Positions 13,448 through 24,978 of a DNA stretch of 64,000 bases are shown one piece after another. The position numbers and the translations under genes are program-made. Each line of letters opens with the position of its first letter. Positions within the stretch are counted from its first letter, which is position 1. A model generated the notes under the pieces. It saw only the letters and a program-made list of their open reading frames with translations, made no database searches and was not told the origin of the DNA. The DNA is from Octopus sinensis (lineage: Eukaryota). The stretch spans positions 82,398,001 to 82,462,000 of the forward strand of contig NC_042997.1 of assembly GCF_006345805.1 (NCBI RefSeq). Reading direction: 5' to 3'.

Positions 13448-14250
13448 AATGTCAGTGTTCAAGATGTAATGTCAGTGTTCAGGTTGTAATGTCAGTGTTC
13501 ACACTCGACAGAGTGTAAGTACCTTGAGAGAAAAGCTGGACCTAAGAAGCATCAGATGTGGTGTGCAAGAGAGACGTTTGTGCTGGTATGGTCATGTGGC
13601 GAGAATGGATGAAGATAGTTGTGTGAAAAAGTGCCACACCCTAGTGGTTGAGGGAACCTGTGGAAGAGGCAGACCCAGGAAAACCTGGGACGAGGTGGTG
13701 AAGCACGACCTTCGAACTTTAGGTCTCACTGAGGAAATGACTAGAGACCGAGACCTCTGGAAGTATGCTGTGCATGAGAAGACCCAGCTGGACAAGTGAG
13801 ACCATAACCCGTGGCCTTCTACACGGGATGTAGCCAGTCCACTTACGCATACCTTCCCTTCTTGGGACACAAAACTTTACTTGTGAAGACCTGTTGAGGC
13901 AAGTGAGAATAAGAATCGAAATCGATCAATGGAAATTGCAGCTGAGTAACCAGTGCCGGTGGCACGTAAAAAGCACCATCCGTTCATGGCCATTGCCAGC
14001 CTCGCCTGGTCCCCGTGCCGGTGGCACATAAAAAGCACCATCCGATCGTGGCCGTTTGCCAGACTTGTCTGGCACCTGTGCCGGTGGCACGTAAAAAGCA
14101 CCCACTACACTCATGGAGTGGTTGGCGTTAGGAAGGGCATCCAGCTGTAGAAATATTGCCAGATCAGACAGGGCCTGGTGCAGTCTTCTGGCTTCCCAGA
14201 CCCCAGTTGAACCGTCCAACCCATGCTAGCATGGAAAGCGGATGATGATG
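13448..14250 (+). mobile_element. 5'-truncated RTE-clade LINE (ORF C-terminus, 3' UTR, (GAT)n tail)
   Basis: ORF 13524..13799 RRLCWYGHVARMDED...GRGRPRKTWDEVVKHDL typical of RTE; 3' UTR with 3 repeat units; gatgatgatg tail; sits in an ATT tract. Confidence 0.9.
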
Positions 14251-14480
14251 ATTATTATATTTATCAATAATAACAATATCATTAGATTTAGAGTAATCTT
14301 CACAACACTATACATATAGTAGATTCCAGTATATCATATATTACAATACAATATAAACAATTCATTACGGTAGATTTAATTTTGTAAATTTAAAAACCAC
14401 AATCAATACAAACAGATATATATATAAACATACAGTTATACCAGGGTTGTTACAATATTGTTCTTATATATATATGTTCT

Positions 14481-14526
<46 letters not shown>

Positions 14527-14663
14527 TGTATAAGCACAGCATGGTGCAAGCATAGTTGTGCAATTAACAACTTTGCTACTCATATACATGATTTCAACTA
14601 TATTCTATTTAGAAAGTGTTGATCAATGGGACTCTGTATGTGTGTGTGTGTATTATATATATT

Positions 14664-14698
<35 letters not shown>

Positions 14699-14759
14699 GC
14701 TTTAACAGGTAAATGGAGATCATTTAAATATTTGTATCATAATTGGTTTAACTAGGAAA

Positions 14760-15368
14760 TATCAAACACTGCAAATTTTATGTTTATGCCAATTTATTGT
14801 GGAGTGTTTAGCACTTATTTCAGTTCAATGTGACCGCCATTTGATCTCTTTACCAGTTCAATTCTTTTACAAAATGATGTGCATGTCTTAAGTATTTCTT
14901 CCCTTTCATTTCACTGAATGCTTGGTTGATTGAAGCCTTCAGTGAAGACACACAGTTACAGTTGTGTGAAATTGCATTGGATATTGTTTCAACTGTGCCT
15001 CATAGCCAAAAATCACACAGATTTAAATCTGATGAGCTAGAGGCTAGATATCATTATGGGTAATTCCTCTTCAAAATTCTTGCATTGTTTTTGAAGAATG
15101 AGTGGGTGCAGAGTACTGTACAAACATGACTCAACTTGCATAATAATGCTTCCTAATCTAAAGCAATAAATCTTTTAAGATTCTGAGATACTCTGCTATG
15201 TTTATTTTAAGAACCGCTTCAATAAAATGAGGAGGCATCAATTTCCCATCACTTGCAACAACTCTAAAGATCTTAATGGAAGCCAGATTCTTGCTATGCA
15301 TAGCTGAAGGAACTTGAGAAGGGTTGTACACTATCACTTGTGAGTTTTGATGGTTTGCATGGTTCTGG

Positions 15369-15413
<45 letters not shown>

Positions 15414-15928
15414 TACATACTCACTTCTTTTCATCCACAAAGATGCAGACGTCTCTGTCACGATGTTTCCAGATGACTAAGAAGTTTCGGACTTCTTTCA
15501 CTTTGAATGGCTTTGGAGTGAATAGTTAGGATGTTACGGTGTCTTCTCACATGTGATTTCATAAGGTCTCATCTCAGAGACTTAGAAATGGTCATTTTAC
15601 TGATTCCTTGATTTTGAGCCAACTTCACCATCGATTTTGATGGGTTTGACTCAATTGACCTTACAAATCCTGTTAAGATGTGAGGTGTGTGTTTAAGGTC
15701 GCTACAAAGACTGTGAGGCTTTCTCTGAACATCGTAACTTTTCTTCAAATTGGCTACAACTCTAAAAGCAGTAAATTTGGCATACTTTGTGGCTTTGTGT
15801 AAACAGCCAAACTGTTTACATATTCAACAAATACAACAGTTGCTCTATGAAGGAGTCCCTAATTTGCATACCGAAAGTGTGTAACACTCTATAAATACCA
15901 GTGGCCTGTCATCTTAGTCCACACAGTA
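14760..15928 (-). mobile_element. Tc1/mariner (maT/DD37D-like) transposon fossil split by a microsatellite
   Basis: ORF 15158..15424 KNLASIKIFRVVASDGKLMPPHFIEAVLKINIAEYLRILKDLLL resembles the transposase catalytic region; subfamily assignment is inference. Confidence 0.65.
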
Positions 15929-16050
15929 TCAAGGTATGATATAATAAATATGTAATCGTAAATATGAGGATAATAAATTAAAACAATTTATTACCAGTGG
16001 TTAGCATACATAAATAAAAGTCCTAAGACATACCATATTTTTAAGAATAT

Positions 16051-16339
16051 AAGAGTGTATAAAATATTTTTATACACAAAGAGGAGACCATTGACAAGAC
16101 TCCTTACATGCTATAAAGGCCAGTTAATACCCAAACTACGAAAGAGAGAATTCATGAGGTACATTGTAATAACACTAGAACAAACAAACAAAAGACATTT
16201 TTTTGTTCATTCTAGTGTTATAACAGTGTGCCTCACGAATTCTCTCTTTCGTAGTTTGGGTTTTAACTGGCCTTTTTAGCATGTAAGGAGTCCTGTCAAT
16301 GGTCTCCTCTTTGTGTATACAAATATTTTATACACTCTT
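16051..16339. repeat. Near-perfect ~290 bp palindrome (foldback/MITE-like)
   Basis: aagagtgtataaaatattt..caaagaggagaccattgaca..actagaa / ttctagtg..tgtcaatggtctcctctttg..tatacactctt; arms ~130 bp with few mismatches. Confidence 0.9.
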
Positions 16340-16440
16340 TATGTATATATATATATATACAATTGTAGTGTGGAAGGTGTTTGTAAGCCATTTAAGAAAC
16401 ACAAAAAAGCCGTTCGATTCACTTCAACATTTAAGTTTAA

Positions 16441-16491
16441 TTTGTCAAAATATTTTCGTCGCTTTAAGACCGCTACCTGTTCACTGACAAA
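16441..16491 (-). ncRNA. Hammerhead-like motif with G3-C8 core swap
   Basis: Minus strand: tttgtca-GUGAACA-g-gtagc ggtcttaaa gcgac-GAAA-a ta t-UU^-tgacaaa; perfect 7-bp stem I, palindromic AAUAUU helix III. Confidence 0.6.
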
Positions 16492-16604
16492 AATCCGTGC
16501 TGCATCTGAGACAGTAACAGTTAGTTCGTTATATATATGTACGTATGTATGTGTGTATGTATGTATGTATGTATACACGCATGTATGCATGCTGGCATGT
16601 ATGT

Positions 16605-16635
16605 ATGTATGTACGTACGTCTGTGTGTATGTATG

Positions 16636-16669
<34 letters not shown>

Positions 16670-16924
16670 TGTATGTGTATATGTATGTATGTATGTATGT
16701 ATGCATGCATGTATGTATGTATGTATGTATGTGTGTGTATATGCACGCACACACTATAAACTTAAAGCTATAAACCTGTAGTGATGGATAGATGTAGACT
16801 GACCACTCATCACACGTGCACATATGCATACATACGCACATGCGTATGTACGTGCATACACACATACATACATACATACATACATACATACATACATACA
16901 CACATACATACGTGTATATATATA

Positions 16925-16978
<54 letters not shown>

Positions 16979-17310
16979 CCTGAACTAACTAGATGTAAGA
17001 GAGAAAAGAAAAAAAAAGAAAAAAGATAAGTAATAATAAAACAAAAGTTTTGTGATATAGAGATAAGTGACTGATAATAGGTTTTAGAGTTTTGTTGTGG
17101 GGGTGAGGGTCATAAATCACTTCCTAGTTTCGGCGGGGAGGGGGGAAAGTTAAAATTTGATATTGTTGTGATGAATGGTCAGTCTACATCTATCCATCAC
17201 TACATGTTTATAGCTTTAAGTTTATAGTGTGTGTGTGCGTACATATACATACATTCATACATACATACATACACACAGGCGTACATACGTACATACATAC
17301 ATACATGTAT
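16605..17310. repeat. Inverted repeat (arms ~16605-16815 / 17168-17310) among TATG microsatellites
   Basis: actataaacttaaagctataaac..tagtgatggatagatgtagactgacca..catcac vs gtgatg..tggtcagtctacatctatccatcacta..gtttatagctttaagtttatagt. Confidence 0.85.
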
Positions 17311-17362
17311 CGTTTCAGCACACGATCTCAGATCAAATCACTTGCTATGCAAGTACATCTCC

Positions 17363-17397
<35 letters not shown>

Positions 17398-18071
17398 TCA
17401 ACTTGTGTGTCTGTGTGTGTATCTGTGTGTGTGTCTGTGTGTTTAACTTCCCAGCACATCTCCTCCTAGCCAACAAATCGTAGAACCACCAAAAATGGGT
17501 CACTTAAAGTTTAGGCGAATGAAACTTGAACTGCGCTATTTCTGTTCTGAAATTCATCTCGCAAGTGCAAAAATAGATAATGTGTTTGTTGAGGCCTTAT
17601 CCCATGCATTGAATAGTGAACTTTACTCAGTCAGCTGTTTGACATGAACTGTGTTCACCACGCGTGCAAGCATGCATAAATTGCATGAAAAATAAAAAAT
17701 CAAGTTATAAAAACGAATCGCCGTAAACATTGTAGAAATTCAGCAAAGAAATGAATTTTCGAGAGGGTTTTTTCGTATTAATCGTTTGGACTTTGTGAAC
17801 ACATACCAATTGTTTTTATAGCATTTTTAACGCTTTGAATTAAATGTGACCATTTTGCATTGAGTCTGCAGTTTGAATCACTAACCAAATTTTAGCAGGC
17901 CGGATTTTTTATCATCATGATACATCGCCAGCGACTCCCTGAAACTCTCCTCTGAAATCCCCGTTAAGAAATCTATATATATAAAACTCAACTTGTGTGT
18001 GTGTGTCTGTGTGTTTAACTTTTGGATCTATCAAGTTTCATTATTAAGGATGGAAAGTAGTATGTAGCAAA

Positions 18072-18460
18072 TCTATATATATAAAGCTGAAGTTGTCTGT
18101 GTGTGGCAGGTTTGGTAGCCTTCAACTAACACTATCTCCTTCGAGACTCTGCAGCGCAAGTTGACTAAAATTGAAAGTATGATAGAAGAAGGCTTGCTCT
18201 TCATTCTGTAGAAGATAAAATTCAAATTGGACCATGTTAACACCAAAAATTATTTACGTCAAAAAGGTGCTTTTTTTCTATGAAAATCCCTATTCTTTAC
18301 GATTTTTGACTGCTGTGTCACCATTTTTCGGTGTATTTCAACTGGAAAAATGTTCACTTGAAGAGAATAACAAGTTGCATAATGCAAAATTTTTACTTTT
18401 CAAAAATTCCAATTCTAAAGGGTCGAAACAAACCCAAGCAACACCGGGTGATACTGCTAG
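18072..18460 (+). mobile_element. Non-autonomous Helitron
   Basis: 5' a|TCTATATATATAAAG; 3' hairpin acccaagcaacaccgggt followed by ...CTAG|t; inserted between A and T. Confidence 0.8.
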
Positions 18461-19299
18461 TATATGTATATAAATGTATGTATATAAATATATGTATGTA
18501 TATATATAGTTTTATATATATATATATATGTATGTATGTATGTATGTGTATATATATATATATATATGAGCAAAACGCCCCCCACCCCACCCCCGTCCAA
18601 TGGACAGTGCTGAATCATATCTGCTGAATAAAAAGCAATCAGTGTTTTCTTTCCATTAAAAAATAATTAAGCATGCCTTTATTTCAATAAAATTTTGGGT
18701 TTTGTTAAACAAAGTTAAGGCCAAAAAATAACTTCTTGGAGAAACCAAATAGTCTTTCCATCCTTCATGCCAAGTTTGAAGAAAATATCTCTTTTGCATC
18801 TTACATTTTTAGTTTCTTAAATATACTGCATTTTGTGGCATTATTTCGAGCCAGCCGGCTTTTTTTGCACAAACTGCACATGCATTTTTCTTGCATATGT
18901 GTAGTATCAATCGCAACAGCTGATGTACTTGCGCATTCAAATGCATGTTCGCACGACTTTATCGATCACATTCTCACCTGGAATCGATTTTTGTAATTTT
19001 TTCAAGACTTATACACACCCTGGTACCATCGGTATCTACATATCAAATTTGAGCGCAATCGGTTAGAGGATGCCCAAGATCCTAGAACACACACACACAG
19101 ACAGACAGAATGGATTTTTATATAATACATAATATATATAGGAAATAATAAATCTCTGAACGAGGTATAGACAGTAACTGCATGACAATGTGAGGTATAT
19201 TTGCCATCTCAATATGGCTAACCACTAAAGGTGGATGTTACTGTAGCTTGTAGCCCCAGAACATCTCCTCCGGCTGGCTATAGGCACACTTTCTGTGCC

Positions 19300-19332
<33 letters not shown>

Positions 19333-19334
<2 letters not shown>

Positions 19335-20702
19335 TCATCATCATCATCATCATTTAGCGTCCGTTCTCCATGCTAGCATGGGTTGGATGGTTCAACTGGG
19401 GTCTGTGAAGCTGGAAGGCTTCATCAGGCCCAGTCAGATCTGGCAGTGTTTCTACGGCTGGATGCCCTTCCTAACGCCAACCACTCCGTGAGTGTAGTGG
19501 GTGCTTTTTACGTGCCACCCGCACAGGTGCCAGACAGAGCTGGCAAACGGCCACGAACGGATGGTGCTTTTACGTGTCACCGGCACGGGGGCCAGCCGAG
19601 GCTGGCATCGGACACGAACGGATGGTGCTTTTACATGCCACCGACATGGGGGCCAGACAGGGCTGGCAAACGGCCACGAACGGATGGTGCTTTTACGTGT
19701 CACCGGCACGGGGGCCAGGCGAGGCTGGCAACGGACACGAACGGATGGTGCTTTAACATGTCACCGACATGAGGGCCAGACAGGGCTGGCAAACGGCCAC
19801 GAACGGATGGTGCTTTTACATGTCACCGACATGGGGGCCAGACAGGGCTGGCAAACGGCCACGAACGGATGGTGCTTTTACGTGTCACCGGCACGGGGGC
19901 CAGACAGGGCTGGCAAACGGCCACGAATGGATGGTGCTTTTACATGTCACCGACATGGGGGCCAGACAGGGCTGGCAAACGGCCACGAACAGATGGTGCT
20001 TTTACGTGTCACCGGCACAGGGGCCAGACAGAGCTGGCAAACGGCCACACACGGATGGTGCTTTTACGTGTCACCTGCACGGGGGCAGGCCAGGCTGGCA
20101 ACGAACACAAACGGCTGGTGCTTTTACGTGCCACCGACACGGGGGCCAGACAGGGCTGGCAAACGGCTACGAACGGATGGTGCTTTTACGTGTCACCTGC
20201 ACGGGGGCCCTGATGTTGATCGACCTCAATTTGGTTTGATTTTGATTTTGACTGTTCTCACTGGTCTTGCCGGGTTTTCTCACGCACAGCATACTTCCAA
20301 AGGTCTCGGTCACTGGTCATTTCCTTGGTGAGACCTAAAGTTCGAAGGTCGTGCTTCACCGCCTCGACCCAGGTTTTCCTGGGTCTACCTCTTCCACAGG
20401 TCCCCTCAACTGCCAGGGTGTGGCACTTTCGCACACAACTATCTTCAGCCATTCTCATCACATGACCATACCAGCGCATACGTCTCTCTTGCACACAACA
20501 ACTGATGCTTCTTAGGTTCAACTTTTCTCTCAAGGTACTTACACTCTGTCGATTATGAACACTGACGTTACACATCCATCGGAGCATACTAGCTTCATTT
20601 CTTGCGAGCTTACGCAAATCCTCAGCAGTCACAGCCCAAGTTTCACTACCATGTAGCATGGCTGTACGTACACATGCATCATACAGTCTGCCTTTTACTT
20701 TG
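19333..20702 (-). mobile_element. 5'-truncated RTE-clade LINE with expanded 3' UTR array
   Basis: ORF 20258..20764 (KGRLYDACVRTAMLHGSETW...RRMRWYGHVMRM...GRGRPRKTW); (GAT)n tail abutting (TA)n at ~19333. Confidence 0.9.
19501..20210. repeat. Minisatellite array, ~60-62 bp unit, 11 full units plus 1 partial, in LINE 3' UTR
   Basis: gtgctttt motif recurs at about 19501, 19564, 19625, 19687, 19748, 19810, 19872, 19934, 19996, 20058, 20118, 20180. Confidence 0.92.
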
Positions 20703-20833
20703 TATATATATATACCAGAGTAAGCACATAAATGTGAAACAAGGCGGGAAAAAATAGTACTCAAATACTGGTGGTAGATTAATATGTTTTGTTACGAAAG
20801 CCTCAAAAGCATCACAAAAATATCACAAATATC

Positions 20834-20925
20834 TGCTACTCAGAGTTTCACATTCCCGTTTGTCGGGCAGTTGTGATCCACAACTGCTCAATGAACAGGA
20901 ATGTGAAACTCTGAATAGCAGTTTT
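20834..20925. ncRNA. Inverted pair of degenerate hammerhead-like motifs within a (TA)n-flanked element (~20703-20975)
   Basis: Plus: aactgc-tcaatga-acaggaatgt-GAAAC-tctga-ata^-gcagtt; minus: aactgc-ccgacaa-acgggaatgt-GAAAC-tctga-GUA^-gcag. Confidence 0.45.
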
Positions 20926-21194
20926 GGGGGATATTATTATGATGCTTTTGCAGCTTTAATAATAAAGTATATATATATATATATATTTATATATACACAT
21001 ACACACACATATTATGTGTCTACTTACTTTTCAGATGTATATTAGTAGACAGTACTTGTTGGGTTTTGCTTGAAAATTATGGTTTTCATTACAATAAATT
21101 CTTATTTCACTATTGTAACTAGAAAAAATTCATTTTTTTCACAAAAATAATACAGGTCTATAAAACGTATGCTGTCTATATTTCATTCATATAG

Positions 21195-21289
21195 GAAAAA
21201 GAATGGCAAGAGGAACTAAAAGTTGCCCTTGAAGAGCTGGCTAGGAGACTTGCATGTGAAGAAGAAGCAAGGCAACTTGCTCGACAAAG
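21195..21289 (+). CDS. Dpy-30/ankyrin protein, coding exon 2 ([31 protein letters not shown])
   Basis: tttcattcatatag acceptor, ag|gtacta donor; 95 nt converts phase 0 to phase 2, exactly as required to join exons 1 and 3; coiled-coil composition. Confidence 0.85.
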
Positions 21290-21384
21290 GTACTAAAGGA
21301 TATTTATATATTCCAAGCATACATTGTATATGTATGTACATATATGCATGGGCACACAAGTATGTGTGTATGTATGTGTGTATA

Positions 21385-21451
<67 letters not shown>

Positions 21452-21559
21452 GAGCTGAGTGGTTGATCTTAGGAAAGGGATCCAGCTGTAAAAATCCTGC
21501 CAAAACAGTCACAACAGAACATGCTTCAACACATATATATATGCATTCGGCAAGATTGA

Positions 21560-21900
21560 AAATTTGTTTGATCCATGACACGGCATGGACCCTAAGTAAG
21601 GCATGTGTAAAATTTGAATGAAATTGGTTGGGTAGTTCTTAAGTTTTAATGATGCACACATACAGACAGGCAGACAGACACACATTCTTAGTTTTATATA
21701 TATATATATATATACTAGGCAGAGATTCCCAGCGTTGCCTGTGTTACATGCAATTGAAGAATTAGAATTTTCTGTTATATTTTCTGTAATGAACTGGAAT
21801 ATCTGTTTCGAATTTCATCAAAATTGCAGATGAGGGCTATTTCCCTCTTTACATGCCCCCCCCCCCCCTCCCAATTGTAATTGTGCTACATGTATCCCAT
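21560..21900 (-). mobile_element. Adjacent Helitron-type termini (5' end of one at ~21712, 3' CTAG end of another at 21715)
   Basis: Minus strand atatataaaactaagaatgtgtgtctgtctg (5'-type); caggcaacgctggg..tgcCTAG|t (3' hairpin plus CTAG); same 5' family at ~23230-23365. Confidence 0.6.
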
Positions 21901-22638
21901 ACTACTGATTTTTATGCGCATATTCCAAAATTCCAGTCTTATTTAACCTGTTAAAAGATTTTGCTCCTGAAAAACGAAGGTCATGGAGCTCTAAAATGTG
22001 AGAGTTAAGGCCCCTGTTGGGGGTGGGCATCTTAATGTCAACCAGAGAAGTTGAATTGTTGAGAATCTTTTTAACTTGGGTCTTATATCTATTGTTTGAA
22101 TTTGTTTGAAATAGGAAATATATGTTCACTGGGTTTGTAAAAGAGAGCAAAGCTACAGGAAACCAAAAGACAAATGATCACAATAAGCAGTCAGCTACAG
22201 TACCCTAGTCGTTACCACTCCCAATGTAGGATTCCTCATCATCCAGGTGACAGGCACAGCCATAAGATGCATTACGAATCTATAGCAATTGGAAGGGCGT
22301 GACCTAACTGAAATCAACATTAACAACTGTGTGACGTGAGGGCTAAGGAGAAATAAAAGTTGGAGTTTGCAAATGACCACTATACTGATACGTAACTGGA
22401 CAGAATAAATTTACAATCTATAAATGTCTTTGAATAACCAGTCACTCATCTGGGAAGGCCTTGAAATCAATGTTACCATCTGGGGACTATGTGTAGGTAG
22501 GTGGGTGTGTATGTGTGTATGGGTGTATATATGTATGCATGTATATATGTGTACATATTACATGTACATCTATCAATCTATCTATCTATCTATATATATA
22601 TATATATATATACATCTATACATAGATGTATATATATA

Positions 22639-22704
<66 letters not shown>

Positions 22705-22720
22705 CTATACATAGATGTAT

Positions 22721-22786
22721 ATATATACATCTATATCTAAAGAAATACATCTATACATATACATGTATACATATACATCTATCTAT

Positions 22787-22868
<82 letters not shown>

Positions 22869-22934
22869 ATAGATAGATGTATATGTATACATGTATATGT
22901 ATAGATGTATTTCTTTAGATATAGATGTATATAT
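22721..22934. repeat. Palindrome centred on a (TA)n tract
   Basis: atacatctatatctaaagaaatacatctatac... / ...gtatagatgtatttctttagatatagatgtat. Confidence 0.85.
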
Positions 22935-23439
22935 AATTTAAAATAATAAGGGTGAAAAATTGAATATTAATTTGATTAATATGAATTGAAATCCCGTGGT
23001 GTAGCATATAAGACCATAGCGGATCTTCTAGCAAAATGTATTTCCACTGTTAATGGTTCATACCTCTTATATAATAGTTTCACTTTAATAATTTTAGTAT
23101 TAAAGTGAAAGCATGTGATATTACAATAGAGAGATGTTTTTGTTTCACTTTTAACATGTAATACTGAAATAGTGGAGAAGATATGATATTGCTGTGGGCT
23201 CACCCTAGGAAAAAAGTTAAAAATTTTTTTTGTCCATGACACTACATAGACCCTAAGTAAGGTATGTGTAAAATTTGAATGAAATTGGTTGTGTAGTTCA
23301 AGTTTTAGGGATTCACACAGACAGGCAGACAGACACACATTCTCAGTTTTATATATATATATATATTTACAAGTATGTCATATTTTCTCTTGTGTTTTTA
23401 TTTAATCCTGAAAAAAAAAATTTGTATATACATATGAAT

Positions 23440-23825
23440 GGGCTGGGCAAAATTCAGAGAGCTACTATATTGGTAACAATGGGCTTCTCCTTTAGAGTAA
23501 AACGCAGATTTTATGATGCCTGTGTACAAACAGCTAGGCTACATATGCTACATGAGAGTGAAACATGGGCTGTGACTGCAGAGGACATGCAAAAGCTTGA
23601 AAGAAATGAAGGCAGCATGCTCCACTGGATGTGTAATGTCTATGTATGTACGGCAGAGTGTAAATGTTTTAAGAGAAAAGTTGTGTATAAGAGGCATCAG
23701 ATGCAGTGAGCGTGAGAGAAGACTAAGCTGGTATGGTCATGTGGTGTGTATGGATGTAGAGAGCTGCACAAAGAAGAGCTGATCTTTAACTGTGGAGGGA
23801 ACTTGTGGAAGAAGTAACCTGAGAA
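23440..23825 (+). mobile_element. RTE-clade LINE ORF fragment
   Basis: RVKRRFYDACVQTARL..ESETWAVTAEDMQKLERNE; RRLSWYGHVV; frameshifted. Confidence 0.8.
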
Positions 23826-24352
23826 CCTATGCCACATAAACACAATACAGACTCATATACAAACATTTTGTTGTGTAATCCAATTTTGATTACACAACAA
23901 AATATGACATCAACATGGTTATTCCTGGAAGTTAAGATTTTTCGTGGGGGAGGGGGCATAGAGGAAACTGGAATTGAGATGTTGATATTTATTCTAAGTA
24001 TATTAACAATGTAACTGAAAAGGTGCCTAGAGAAAGTGGAAATTTATGTGTAGCCTTGATTCACATAGAACTTAGCACCCTATACCAATGCCTGGTAATA
24101 CATATACATACAGACATATATGAATAGCTACATGTATTTATATATAAAACTACAGAATAAATAAATAAATAAATATATATATATATATACAAAATGAGAA
24201 AATGGAGAAATATATCTAAATCAATCATCAACTATCAGATAATACCCAATCAATACTTTATTAAACCACTACACAATAGCAATGATATTAAACATTAATA
24301 TAGTACAAATATAACAAGACATAGAAATAGAAATAGAAATACATTTACATTG

Positions 24353-24467
24353 TAGCTGACAGTTGTTTCGGCCGTGAAGACAGGTATGTCTCATTTAACC
24401 TATTAGCCATATAAAGCAGGTATAAATGAGACATTAACAAGAATATTTCACGGCCTCTTCAGAGATT
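24353..24467 (-). ncRNA. Type I hammerhead ribozyme motif (left arm)
   Basis: aatct-CUGAAGA-ggccgtgaa...ttcacggcc-GAAAC-aact-GUC^-ag; perfect 9-bp helix II extended by a second stem atgtctcattta/taaatgagacat. Confidence 0.75.
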
Positions 24468-24863
24468 TTAATGCAAGTATGAGTACAAATCCTAAAAAAT
24501 TTACATATAAATATAAATGTGTGCATACACACTCATATTCTTACATATATATATATACACAATAATACAATATAAACAATATAGATCAATATACATCAAC
24601 AAACACAATAATGTTCCATATTGAACTCCACAGCTCCTCAACCAACATCAAGAAACCACAACAGATACACTCACACTCAAAGCAGGCATATATATTAAAC
24701 AGTCCAATATATTAAAATGTGTCATTTCACAAAAAGTCAATAAAATTAATATCACCACGACGGTTATTGTGTATATATATATATGTAAGAATATGAGTGT
24801 GTATGCACACATATTTATATTTATATGTAAATTTTTTAGGATTTGTACTCATACTTGCATTAA

Positions 24864-24978
24864 AATCTCTGAAGAGGCCGTGAAATATTCTTGTTAATGT
24901 CTCATTTATACCTGCTTTATATGGCTAATAGGTTAAATGAGACATACCTGTCTTCACGGCCGAAACAGCTGTTAGCTA
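24864..24978 (+). ncRNA. Type I hammerhead ribozyme motif (right arm)
   Basis: aatct-CUGAAGA(24869-75)-ggccgtgaa...ttcacggcc-GAAAC-agct-GUU^-ag; predicted cleavage after 24973. Confidence 0.75.

Noticed and set aside
16313-17483. Many ORFs rich in Y/V/C/M/H/I/T (also 12512-12790, 22424-22904, 38019-38270, 39767-40020)
   Set aside because: Artefacts of (TA)n, (TATG)n, (CA)n and (TAA)n microsatellites.
19501-20210. CRISPR-like appearance of the regularly spaced repeats
   Set aside because: Units are homologous along their whole length with no unique spacers, lie in a eukaryotic LINE 3' UTR, and no cas genes are present.
19501-20331. 276 aa, 156 aa and 114 aa repetitive ORFs
   Set aside because: Translation of the minisatellite on the strand antisense to the LINE; no splice or domain support.
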